Shown here piece by piece: positions 43,480 to 54,009 of a DNA stretch of 64,000 nucleotides. Numbering within the stretch: position 1 is the first letter of the stretch; every line of letters begins with the position of its first letter. A program made the translations under genes and the position numbers. Source of the DNA: Malassezia furfur (taxonomy: Eukaryota); NCBI GenBank assembly GCA_052055015.1, contig JBQJIT010000011.1; one strand, 5' to 3'. The notes under the pieces are model-generated. The model was not told the DNA's origin and made no database searches. It worked only from the letters and a program-made list of their open reading frames with translations.

Positions 43480-46400
43480 CTACGCAAGGCTACGCAGACC
43501 GGTCGCGAGCTTGCCGACCTCGCTGATCTGGCTGACGTGGCACAGCGAGCCCACAAACTCGGGGAGGTACTTGGCACCCGTCAGCGGGTCGTCCACCGCA
43601 CCGGCGCCGCCGTTGGGGATGAGCACGTGGCTCCCCGCACACACGACGTACACGGTTTCGTGCGTGGAGTACGACGGGATGGGCACCGCATCGCGCGGCT
43701 GCCGGTCGCTGAGGGAGAGGATCTGCTGCGCGACCTGCACAATCTTGGCGGGCGGGTTGAGTTCGAGCAGGCGGCGCGCAAAGTGGCCAGCCATGGCGAG
43801 GTTGCCGACGCGGCGCGCCTCCATCATCGCAATGCGCAGCGCGAGCATCTGGTGCTGCGGCTGCATCTGCACATGCGTAAACAGCGCCGCGAGTTCGACG
43901 TTGCGCGCGACGTTGTCTGGCTCGGTCGCGGCGAGCGCCCGGCGCTCCAGCTCGATCGAGATGCCGATGAGGTACTCGCGGCACTGTACAATCATCTCGG
44001 CGATCTCGACGGCCTCGCTGTCGTTCGCCGCGGGTGTCAGCACAAGCTTGTGCAGGAGCGTGCGGAAGAGGCCCTCGGCCTCCGGCAGCTTGTTGCCGCT
44101 CACGGCGCGGTACGCATCCTGCAGGTCGTGCGCCGCGAGGTGGCCCACCGCGAATGGCGTGGCGGGCAGCACACGGCTCAGCTCGCCCTCGCTCGCCTCG
44201 TTGTTGCGGCGCAGGTGGAGCAGGAGCGGCGGCGCACCCGGCGCGCCCGGCACCACGGCGCGCGCCGCGGCGTACACGCGCCACAGCAGCGGACGCAGCG
44301 GTGCAAAAGCCACAATGCCCGCCTGGCGCTGGAGCACCTGGAGCGCGGTGCTGAACGCGCCCGCCGCGACCAAATCCGCGGCCACGGGCGAATTGCGCAG
44401 CCAGTGTTCGCTCTCGGCACTGCCCGGTACGAGGCCCTCGAGTGCGTCGGGGTCGACGAGCGGGGCAATCTGCTCGCCGAGCTCCTCCTCGGCCGGGGCG
44501 ACGCTCGCCTCCTGCAGACCCCATGCGTCGTCACCGAGGTCGAGCGCACTTGCGTCCGGCGCGACGTCCTCCTCGGCGTCATGCAGCGCGTCGCCGTCGA
44601 GCCACGAGTCGAGGTCGTGGCTCGGGCCATCCACGGCATTGTCCTCAAAGATCATGCCCGACTCGGCATTCTCCGCAAGGATCTGGTCGAAGTAGTTCTC
44701 CTGCGTCTCGACGAGCGGCCAGGTGTGCTGCGACGTCTCGGACACGACGAGCGGCAGACCGGGCGCGTCGGGCGCCGCGGGTGCCGCAGGCGGTGCACTA
44801 CCAATGTTGCGGTGGCGCGCGCCCACACTGGGACGCAGTGCCCGGCGCCGCGGGCTTGCGAGGCGCATGAACCGCGCCGCCTCGCCGGCCGGCCGCGTAC
44901 CGATCGACGGGCGCGAACCGATCGACGGGCGCACGCAACGTGCCGGCGAGGGGTGCGCAGCCTTGCGTGCCTCGGGCGCCTTGTCCGGCACATGTGCGCC
45001 CATCGCCTGTTGCAAGGCCGCCGCGCCCCGCTCGCCAGCGGTGCGCAGCTCGGTAGCAAGTGCGGCACGGTCCTCGTCGCCGAGGTCGTCGTCCAGACGT
45101 TCCGCGGCGGCGCGCAGCGTCTGCGTCGTGTGCGCCGTCCCAAGCGCCAGATCGATCAGGCGGCGCCCGATCGTGTCCTGCAGGAGCTGCCGCGCAGCCT
45201 GGAGCGCGGCGGTGCGCGCCTCGGCCGCGAGGTTCGCCTCGAGGTGCGCATGACGCGCCGCATAGAGCGCGGTGCTGGTCGCGTCGGCGGTGACCGCCGG
45301 CGGCAACGGAATGGGCGCGAGGCGGTAGGTATCTTCGGGTGGCGCAACCACATCAGGCGTCTGTGCGAGGAGCGACTCGAGAATCGCGCGGTCAGGCGCT
45401 GCACTCGCGGCCACCGCGGCGCTCAGAGCGCTGCGCACAGCCTCGGCGGCATGCAGCGGCGCCGCGTCGGTCGCGGCCTGCCGCAGCGCGTCACGCTGCA
45501 CCGCCGCCGCGTCCTGCAATTGTTGTGTGGCGTCCGCAAGCAGCGATTCACGCTTGCGCCGCTCGGCGGGGTTGTCTCCGCTGCTGGAACTCGCGAGCTT
45601 CTCCTTGAGTTCCTGCACCTCTTGGCGCAGCGACGCAATCGCCTGGACGTACTGCGCGACGTGCCGGTCAATGTGCAGCAGGTTGCGGGTGACCTTGGTC
45701 TGGATGTTCTTGGCCTGGTTGGCGTACTTGAGCGTGTTGTGGGTCTCTTCGTAGTGCGCGCTCGACGGCGACACACAAACGATCATCACCGTCTTGCAGT
45801 TTCCGCCCAGCGAGAACTTGAGCAGGCGCGTCAGCTTGCTGTTGCGGTACGGGATGTGCCGCCCCTTGGCGTTGCGTGCGCCACCCGTTTGGCACAGTGC
45901 GTTGATGCACGAGCCGAGCGCGAGGAGCGAGCGGTTGATGTTGGCGCCCTCCTTCATGCGCATGCCGTGGTTGTTCGTCGCCGACGCACGCTCCGAGCCG
46001 GCCAGGTCGATGATGTTGAGCGACGCACTGGTCATCTCTTCCACGGTGCCAGCCGTGCGCGGCTTGCGGGTGACGTTGAGCTGCAGCACGGCGTGCGAGC
46101 GGCTGCTCACGGCGTTGGCCTCCGTTGGGCTCTGCGTGCGCCGTTTGTTTCCCTCGGTGATCATCTCGAGTACCTGCTCGGGCGACTCGGGGATGTGTTC
46201 GGTGATGCCTACCACCGAAATCTTGCTCGCAGCGTCTTCGCGCAGCGCCAGCCCGGGGCCGGGCGGCGTCGGCGTCGGCGAGAGCAGGTCGCGGATCGTC
46301 TCGTTGTAGATCTCGAGGTACGATAGCCGCACATGCGTCTCAAACTGGTCGCGCTCCTCCTCGATTCGCTCGTACAGCCCACGCATCGTCAAAAAGATCA

Positions 46401-46910
46401 GGCCAGGGTCCTCGCTGCTCCCGCTGATCGTGTGCGTCTTGCCACATCCCGTCGCCTGCGTCAGTGGCACATACGTACACCATACGCAAACACACTTGCG
46501 TTGAACCCACTCAGCAGCCCGGTGAGCATCGGCTCGACCGTGCCGCGGTACACCTCCTGCTGCGTCGTCGTCGGGGGAAACACGCGGTCAAACGCGTACC
46601 GCACGTCGCGCGCTCGCCGACCGTTGCCGTGGATGTGCATATGCGTCGTTGCTTGTTGCTTCTGGCCCCGGATCTGTGCGGTGGGTTCCGCGGGATCAAA
46701 CACCAGCACACGGTCGTCCACGGGCGACAGAATGTTGCGGATGTAGTTAGTGCGCATCGCCGCAATCGCATTCTGCGCCTTGCTGGGCGATCCCGCCAGC
46801 CCTCCATCCCCCTGGAATGGCTGCGAGGTGTCTACTGGCGCAAGCAGCGACACCTCCCGCGCATTCAGGGGCCGAATTCGCACCGCGACCTGGATTGACG
46901 ACTCGGTCAT
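43480..46910 (-). CDS. Kinesin-8 (Kip3) motor and stalk fused in frame to the COPI alpha-subunit C-terminal domain; about 1135 aa
   Basis: MTESSIQVAVRIRP, YAFDRVF, FAYG|ATGCGKTHT (intron 46456-46478), SSRSHAVL, IIDLAGSERA, HIPYRNSKLTRLLKFSLGGNCKT, ETHNTLKYANQAKNI. From about 44757: WPL...ENYFD, HWLRNSPVAADLVAAGAF, CREYLIG, ELAALFTH, FARRLLE, VCAGS, KYLPEF.GSLC, EVGKLATGL. Confidence 0.85.
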
Positions 46911-46953
46911 GCCGCTACGAAAGCACCCTACGCGCACCCAACACCAACACGTG

Positions 46954-47752
46954 TCACGTGACAAAGCGCACCAGGGGCACGCCTGCCGGCACGCGCGCGG
47001 CGTAGCGCGCGTATTCTTTGCCAAAGAAGCGGTGGAGGAGGTACTCTTCGTCTGCGTGAGCACGGCACGTACGTCGAATGCGCTGCGCAAAGAAGCGCGA
47101 GAGTGTACAAATAAACAGCAGTGTAGACACGGGGTTGCCCAGCAAAATCTGCGTCCCGACCGCCCAGTAGAAGAAGCCCGCGTACGAGGGGTGTCGCGCC
47201 AGCCGGTATACGCCGTGCGTCACCAGCACATGGTCGTCGCGCTTCGCGCTTGCGACCGTGTGGCTAAAGTTGGTGGATGCGTGCACCATCGCCAAAGACC
47301 GTATCATCTGCCCAAGCACGAGTAGCAGCACGCCGAGCACCTGCAGCGCACGGACCTGCTTCCAGTACGGCACGAATGCGCCTTCCACGAGGAACTCGAG
47401 CAGTCCAAATGCATGCGCGGCCGCATACTCGATGCCGTTTTGGAGTAGGAAGGCTGGGTGAGCACGCGCTATACGTACAGTCAGCTTGCAGGTGCGTCGC
47501 ATTCCAGTACGCAGTCACGAGAAACTCCAGCAAATGGAACAAGGTCCACGCAGCGAGGTAGAAATGCAGAGGAGGAGCCATGAGCAATGATTTCCATCCC
47601 TGCGTATTCCGTGCCCAGTCGACCAACAGCGCGACGGCCTGCGGCGCGCACAGACCAAATCCCACACCGAGCACGGCGGCGGTGAGCGCAACGTTGCCGA
47701 CAGGAGCAGCGACTTCGGCAGGTATCCGGATGGGGTGTGCGACGCGCAGCAT
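46954..47752 (-). CDS. STE14: Isoprenylcysteine carboxyl methyltransferase
   Basis: FHLLEF..TA, GQMIRSLAM...NFSH, HVLVTHGVY..ARHPSYAGFFYW, RI.|HEE..L..FFG.EY..Y. Introns 47454-47478 (25 nt) and 47052-47072 (21 nt). Confidence 0.95.
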
Positions 47753-47989
47753 GGTATCTAGACGAACCACAAGGACGTGGATACTACCGGACACGCTCCG
47801 CATCGTGCCGTCGTCGTCCTCCTTTCTCCCCCTCGCACACGTGGGAACAAAGAGAGCCACGTGGGAGCATGACGCGCGTCGTGCGCCAGGCCCTTCGGCA
47901 GGACAAAGGGCGTCGACGCGGCCCGTGCGAACCCGCGACGGCCGTAGAATGCATGTTGCTGTATCACTGTCAAACTACCAGCGACGTCA

Positions 47990-49096
47990 TTATGCCTCAA
48001 TCTCCCATGCAAGTTCCTGCCCGGCGTAGAACGGCACGACTTGCAGCTTCTGGCCATCGGCATCCGGCCGCTCCGTGTGCTTGTCGTGCACATACACCTC
48101 AGGCACCTTGTTCTTCACCCGGCGCAGCACGACCTTGCGCCCTTCACTGGCAGGCTCCTGATAGAATTTCCGCCCGTTCTCCGAGACAAACTTGGGCAGC
48201 TGCTCCAGCGCGCCGAACGATTCCAGCAGCGTAGCACACAGCGGCAGCAAAATGGGCGACGTGTAGATACCAGCCGCACATCCGCAGTTGTGAACGAGCG
48301 CCTCGGTCGAACCACGCGATGCGGGCGAGGGGTACTTGCTCGCAAGCGGGTGCGGCGCCGAGTCGGAACCCAGGAAGAAGCGGGGGTGGCCCTCGCGGAT
48401 CACGTCACGCAGCGCTGCACGGTCGTCCGGCAGCTTGGCGACCGGCTTGCAGAAGTTGATCGGACGGCCCGCCCAGTCATCCACAATGAGCTCCAAGTGG
48501 TGCGGCGTGATGGTGCATGCCACCGTGTCGCCAAGGCGCCGCACACAGTCCACAGCTGCGCGCGTCGTGGCGTGTTCCAGCACGATGCGCAGGCGGGGGA
48601 ACTGCTTGTGGATCTTTTCCAAGTGCGACAGGAACTGCGGCTCGGCATTCAGAACACAGATGCCTTTGTCAGCATCCGACGGAACCTCGCCGTGGAGATT
48701 GAGCACCATGTTCACCTCCTCCATGGCCTGGAAGACGGGGTAGTACACCTCGTAATCTTCGATCCCACTGTCACTGTTCGTTGTGACACCACGGGGGTAG
48801 CTCTTCACGCCGCGCACACCCGCCTTGGCTGCGCGCTTGATCTCCTCGGGGGTGAGGTCAGGGTGGAGATACAGCGTGCCTAGGAATTTGGTCTGCGGCG
48901 CAAGTTTTTGCAGCTGCTCAATGTACGCAACCGTCTGGTCCGACGACGTCAGCGGCGGCACCAGGTTAGGCATGACATACGCGAGGTCAATCCCCCCCTT
49001 GGCAACGTGAGGGGTGACCAGTTCGCTCATTTCTCCCTGGCGGAGATGCACATGGAAGTCGGCTGGCGACGGGATCGTCACACGGTCTCCACTCAT
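47990..49096 (-). CDS. URA4: Dihydroorotase
   Basis: DFHVHLRQG, VMPNLVPP, VKSYPRGVTTNS, LHGE, VLEH, FCKPVAK, FLGSDSAPH. In-frame upstream ATGs at 49159 and 49222. Confidence 0.96.
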   Translation of the reverse strand: MSGDRVTIPSPADFHVHLRQGEMSELVTPHVAKGGIDLAYVMPNLVPPLTSSDQTVAYIEQLQKLAPQTKFLGTLYLHPDLTPEEIKRAAKAGVRGVKSYPRGVTTNSDSGIEDYEVYYPVFQAMEEVNMVLNLHGEVPSDADKGICVLNAEPQFLSHLEKIHKQFPRLRIVLEHATTRAAVDCVRRLGDTVACTITPHHLELIVDDWAGRPINFCKPVAKLPDDRAALRDVIREGHPRFFLGSDSAPHPLASKYPSPASRGSTEALVHNCGCAAGIYTSPILLPLCATLLESFGALEQLPKFVSENGRKFYQEPASEGRKVVLRRVKNKVPEVYVHDKHTERPDADGQKLQVVPFYAGQELAWEIEA

Positions 49097-49511
49097 GGTG
49101 ATATGGAAGAAACGCGTGCTCCGGCGCTGCTCGCGCGAACAGGATACCTCCACATTCATGAGTCGCGTGCGGAGTCCGTACAAGGATGGCCTGGCACTCG
49201 CGCCTAGGAACCTCCAAAGCATCAGTAGCCTAGTGACCTGCGATGATCGAGGAAATTATCTACATTGCAATCCACAGCGCGGAAGTCGATTTGGTGCGCC
49301 TAGATCCACGTGGCCTGGCCCACTTCAACCCGTCTAGGGACAGGGCGTAAGTATGCGAGGAGAAATAGGTCCAGACAAAGTGTTGCTTTCCATTGCGTGT
49401 CCTCTGTTCACTTTGTAGACAGGCGCATTCATGGATTGCGCATAGCTTCTCATCCGTCCTGTACGTAGGACCTTGACACGCACGGGCCTCCCCCTCCACC
49501 CAATTCCACGG

Positions 49512-50588
49512 ATGCCCAACGACCAGGAAGCCCCACCTGCGTATGACGAAGTAGTGCACGAAGGCCTCGCCCAACACACGCAGGATCAGACCCCACAACA
49601 GTCGTTGTCCGTCCCCCCAATTCCTCCGCGGCCACTCAGCTCAGCAACCACTTCTTCTCAAGGGTCAGCGGCGCCATCGATCCCGTCTGCATCTATATCC
49701 GCTCAGGCGTCGCCACGCCCCCATTCCGCCTCGGCTTCATCTGGGCCTACCCCTGCTGGTCCTCTACCAACCACTCGCCCACAACATGGACATCCACTGC
49801 TTCACGACGGGAAAATCCTCGTATACCCGCGGAGCATGCCCCGCTGTGAAAAATGCGGAAACACGGGATACAAAGGAGGTGACCCTTCGCGTAAATGCTC
49901 GCGATGCTGGCGTAAATATGGGCGCATATACAGTGGTGCTTTGAAACAAGCCTATGAAGGCACTACGTCGCTTTCTTCGGTTTTAGCGGACAGCTCCCTG
50001 CAGCGGCCGCTTCCGATGCCAGTCACCAACATGTATCAGCCCTATGCGCGGCCTCCCCCCACGTTGTATGTGATGCCAACTGGCCAGCCTGCGGGTCCAC
50101 ATGGTGCACCGATGCAAAATACCTACTCGCCATATGCGCCTCGGCCCCCAGTTGCGCCTGGGGTCATGCCGGCTTCCCAGCCCCAAGCCGGACCCTCGAA
50201 TGCCCCCGAACGTTTCCCCGAAGACCAGCACAATTCTGCGCCGCCACTGTACGCACACGCAAGCAATACAGAAAAGCCGCTGCCTGAGCAGCAGTATCCA
50301 CAACAACAGGTACTGCAGCAAGCACCACAGCCCTACGGGAACCCGACGTTGCCGAGTAATTATGTGCAGCACCCACCACCAATCGGACCCACCATTAGCT
50401 GGTATGGGACTACGCCTCCAGCCGGTGCCATTCCCGTACTCCCTGGTGATCCGCGCATTGGCGGTGTGTTGTGTCCCGACTGCTACGGCTCTGGGACGTT
50501 GAACACGCTGTTGGACGCCTTTTTCGGTGGCATCGAGTGCCCTGGTTGCGGTGGAACAGGCCGGATCCTGCACGGTCGATTTGTCTAG
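49512..50588 (+). CDS. HUA1: Hua1-like proline-rich zinc-finger protein
   Basis: PPAY motif; CEKCGNTGYK...CSRCW; PGDPRIGGVLCPDCYGSG...CPGCGGTGR. Confidence 0.75.
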   Translation: MPNDQEAPPAYDEVVHEGLAQHTQDQTPQQSLSVPPIPPRPLSSATTSSQGSAAPSIPSASISAQASPRPHSASASSGPTPAGPLPTTRPQHGHPLLHDGKILVYPRSMPRCEKCGNTGYKGGDPSRKCSRCWRKYGRIYSGALKQAYEGTTSLSSVLADSSLQRPLPMPVTNMYQPYARPPPTLYVMPTGQPAGPHGAPMQNTYSPYAPRPPVAPGVMPASQPQAGPSNAPERFPEDQHNSAPPLYAHASNTEKPLPEQQYPQQQVLQQAPQPYGNPTLPSNYVQHPPPIGPTISWYGTTPPAGAIPVLPGDPRIGGVLCPDCYGSGTLNTLLDAFFGGIECPGCGGTGRILHGRFV

Positions 50589-52358
50589 CTACTTTCGGTA
50601 CTTCAATCGCTTGAAGTTGACTGGGTTAGTACACGTTGACGTACAATGTAGCTGCAGTACGCCGCGCTCAAAGGTGCAGCGGAATCCACGGCGGTGCGAG
50701 AATTCCCAAGCGCGATCCACAATGCGGAACGCAATGTCCTCATACGGCGGACCGGCGCTGAAGCGGAGGAGCACGGTATCGTCGGAATCCTCGCGCAGGA
50801 TTTTGTAGGTGGGAGGACGCGAAGAGTCGATCAGGTCGGGGTAGAAGATGTTGAACTTGTAGCCTTGCACCACCTTAGGCGGAGGATTTTCCGAGTCATA
50901 GTGGGTCTGGTTGTACCGATTCCATTCGTAGCCGGTATGCACGCGGTTGAAGTAGCGTGGCTTGCGTGGACGATACTTGTCGGCCCACTGGTATATCGGA
51001 TGCGACGGGAGCTGCACGTCCTGGTTGAACGTCTCCTCGGTAGCATCCACTTCGCGCTCGGCTTCCATACGGAATAGCTTGTCCTCGACGCTCTCGTTCT
51101 TATCCTCTTGCTTGGTCTGCGCCTGTGCCAACCGTGGTATAAATGCTGTGCGGAGCACACTGCGGCGCGCAGCCAGTAGAGCGGCCCACTGCGAAGCAAG
51201 CGTGACAATAGGCAGCTTCCGTTGGTCGTACGACAGGTTTTGCTCCTTTTCCGTGGGTGGTTCCATGTCTTCCGACCATGTGTCTTGCTCTTCCTTGGCG
51301 GGCCTGACCTCCTCGTTCACTTCGTGCGAAATCTCTTGCTGGTGCTGCTGCGCTTCGGCCCGTTGGCGCTGCTGGAGCTGTGCGCTCCGCTGCTTCTGTA
51401 CGAGTTCATGTACGTCGCGGAGCTTGGCAATACTGCGCCAAACAACAATCCGCCGCAGCAGTCCTTCCCAGTATTCCACATCCAAAGGCTCGCCAGAGCG
51501 CAACTTGGCGCGGATCTGGCGCTGGAGCTCAAGCAGTTCGTCAGCCGATTTGGAGGAAAGCATCGCATCCGTTTCGGCAAGGATGGACGCATCCACATGG
51601 GTACCTTCGGCATCGCCACGCACGGCACGTTGCTTGTCGTCGCAGACAATCAAGGCGTTGCGCCAGTATTCAACAGTGTCTGCGTCGCGCTCCAGCTTCA
51701 CAAACGACTGGATGTCACCATGGAGTTCTTCGAGCTCGGACGGCAACAGTTTCTCAATCACGTCGGGCGGCGCACGCAGGTCTGCATCAAGACCCGCCTC
51801 GTCGTCGTCGTCAGCAATCCGCTGCCGGTCCGGATTCGCCCACATCCAATTGAGCACCAACATATCGATCGGTTTGGCGCGGTTCTCACGCGTGCGGATT
51901 TTGGCGCGTAGCTTCATCTGCTCAAGTTGGAACTGGTCCTCCTTTGCCACCCATTCGGTCATCACGGCTGCGTCGCTGTTGCGCGCAGCATATGCGCGAT
52001 TTTCTTCGCGGGCTTTTCGCTCACGTTCTCTTTGTATGCGCCGTGCATTGAGCTGTTCAACTTCGCGCAGAGCTTCAGCACGTCGCTCTGCATTATAACG
52101 CTCTTTTTCTTCGGGCGAAATGCCGGCGTCGTGCTCTTGTGCCTCCTTTTTGTGCCAGTGAAATTTGTCATCGAGACCCGAGGGAGGCAGGTTGTCGGCG
52201 TGTGCCGCCCCAGACGACCCGCTGGAGTGGAAGCGCGACAGTCCTGTGGCCCTAGCTTCTCCTGTCTCGTTGCGTGCGCGTTTTGCATACCGATCGTCCC
52301 CACTTTCCACCGCATCGTGCCGCACGTCCCAACGAGACGCCCTGCCGAGGTCGCCCAT
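50589..52358 (-). CDS. Cactin (spliceosome-associated splicing factor)
   Basis: WVAKEDQFQLEQ...RAKIRTRENRAKPID, DVEYWE, WADKYRPRKPRYFNRVHTGYEWNRYNQTHYD.ENPPPKVVQGYKFNIFYPDL, AGPPYEDIAF. In-frame intron 50621-50644 restores LQLH|FNFKR. Confidence 0.95.
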   Translation of the reverse strand: MGDLGRASRWDVRHDAVESGDDRYAKRARNETGEARATGLSRFHSSGSSGAAHADNLPPSGLDDKFHWHKKEAQEHDAGISPEEKERYNAERRAEALREVEQLNARRIQRERERKAREENRAYAARNSDAAVMTEWVAKEDQFQLEQMKLRAKIRTRENRAKPIDMLVLNWMWANPDRQRIADDDDEAGLDADLRAPPDVIEKLLPSELEELHGDIQSFVKLERDADTVEYWRNALIVCDDKQRAVRGDAEGTHVDASILAETDAMLSSKSADELLELQRQIRAKLRSGEPLDVEYWEGLLRRIVVWRSIAKLRDVHELVQKQRSAQLQQRQRAEAQQHQQEISHEVNEEVRPAKEEQDTWSEDMEPPTEKEQNLSYDQRKLPIVTLASQWAALLAARRSVLRTAFIPRLAQAQTKQEDKNESVEDKLFRMEAEREVDATEETFNQDVQLPSHPIYQWADKYRPRKPRYFNRVHTGYEWNRYNQTHYDSENPPPKVVQGYKFNIFYPDLIDSSRPPTYKILREDSDDTVLLRFSAGPPYEDIAFRIVDRAWEFSHRRGFRCTFERGVLQLHCTSTCTNPVNFKRLKYRK

Positions 52359-52428
52359 GGTGGGGTCGTGTGGAGGAGAGCCTACTTGGACGTGCCGGGC
52401 ACCTCCGCGTTGGATCTTGGCCACGAAC

Positions 52429-53269
52429 ATGTCGCGAGGACCGGCACCCGACGCGTCTGCTGCATCCCCTCGGGATCTGCTGCAGTCGAGTGTGGGGAAA
52501 CCGCTGCGCCTAATTGTCTCGTACGACAGCTTCTCGGCGCCGAACTATGACGCTCATGAGAGTACGGCTGTGGGTCGGCTGTGGGCGTACGATCAGGGGT
52601 TGGACGTCGTGGTACTTGAGAACGGCAAGACGGGTGCGCTGCCCGCCGCACTGCGTCGTGCCGCTGCCTCTGCTTCGTACGACGTGCAGGGTCGCAGTGC
52701 ACCGCATGCCACGACTGGATTCAAGTTGGTGCAAGGCGCGCGCATTGTGCATGTGGACATTCTCACCGACGAAGAATATGCTAGCAGTCACAGTAACCGC
52801 ACGCTTTCTACTGTCGCCAACGTTCCCGTCGCTGCGATGGAGGCGCGTGATGCGGCCGCGACGAAGCGGTCCATGGAGCGCGCCCAGCAGATCGGTCCCG
52901 AAGAAGCGGGCGAGTTGGGCCAGGCGATCTTTGATGCGCTCAGCAAAACGTACGTGCTTTGCTGACCTCAGACTTCCCTGCAGATGGCACGAGTCGCATA
53001 TCATCGTCTTGGACGAAGTTGTGATTGTATGTCTACCAAGCTCACGCAGTCTGGCCCTGCGTACGATACCAATTCTACCTACGTCCCGAACTTGTCGCGC
53101 GAACAAATTGACAAATTGCTTGAGGGCGTGGAGCTGTCGCCAGAGGAGACGCCGAAAGTGGAACGCGCCCAGGCCAAGGCCCATACGTGGCAGCGCGTTA
53201 CGAAAGTGGTATGTATAAGCCGCGCTCACGCAGCTCGATGGTGTGCGCCGTAAGCTTGTAGCGCCGTAG
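52429..53269 (+). CDS. LSM12: Lsm12-like protein (Sm fold plus anticodon-binding domain)
   Basis: GRLWAYD...VVL, GQAIFDALSKT|LPCRW...IIVLDEVVI|..PAY, RVTKV|LDG.R. Introns 52950-52971, 53027-53049, 53209-53233. Confidence 0.82.
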
Positions 53270-53331
53270 TGAAATAGCGCGTGGAGCCACGTGGTTCTTG
53301 CCCAGGAATTGTCGCCTCCGACCTTGTCGCC

Positions 53332-53672
53332 ATGAGCTCGGTTCTGTCGAAAGCGTTCCCGTCTGCGGTGAAGGAGATCCGTCTGCACCTTTCGCCTGTT
53401 GGCGCAGGGAGTGCGGGTGCTCGGTATGTTCCGCGAACTAACCACAGGAAATTCCTCCAGAACAACTATCAGCTGATCAAGAAGAACAACCCGAACCTGC
53501 CGTTCCTTGTGCGTGAGGCAAAGGACACGCCGGCGCGCCTGTTCATGCGCCTTGGTACGTGAAACGATTTGAGGATTTGCTAACAACAGAGCGTGGCGCG
53601 GAGCGTTCTGCCGAGATCGACAGCCTTGAGCCGAATGCAATCGAGAAGAAGATTAAGGAGTTCTTGTCGTAA
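53332..53672 (+). CDS. Complex I accessory subunit NDUFA2/CI-B8 (L51/S25/CI-B8 fold)
   Basis: KEIRLHL...GSAGAR|KFL..NY..IKKNNPNLPFLVREA...PARL. Introns 53424-53447 (24 nt) and 53555-53589 (35 nt). Confidence 0.88.
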
Positions 53673-54009
53673 AGCGATACGTTCGCCCGGGTCCGGGCGT
53701 GCATACAGTCGAGATATGATGTCTTGGGTGTGTATATACGCAATATAGCGTAGACAGTCCCATGAACGAAGGTGCATCCCTACGACGGAGATTGCATTTT
53801 GAGCGCATGTCGAGAGATTTGAGCGAGTAACATGCTAACTACTGGTTTGTATACGCTGCATAGGTAGTGCAAGAACCGCGAGGGAATGTTTATCCGGCTG
53901 TACGCTGCAGATTCGTAGCTGTACAGAGGGCGTGCTGTGACCACACCTGTGCTTCAACGCCTCAGGTAAATTGGGCCAATTCCGCGGCTGAGATTACATA
54001 ACGGCAACC

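Noticed and set aside
43172..46326. Plus-strand ORFs of 507 and 973 aa
   Set aside because: They are antisense to the kinesin/alpha-COP frame, which carries all the conserved motifs.
49347..49418. Possible 72-nt 5' UTR intron upstream of HUA1 (GTAAGT...TTCAC...TAG)
   Set aside because: No coding constraint to validate it, a weak branch point, and a length outside the range seen here. Needs RNA data.
53850..53972. U1 snRNA-like elements on the minus strand (ATTTACCTG, GGTCACAG loop, CTTGCACT loop)
   Set aside because: The 5' end is not ACTTACCTG, the loops deviate from consensus, and no Sm site follows. An Infernal U1 search would settle it.
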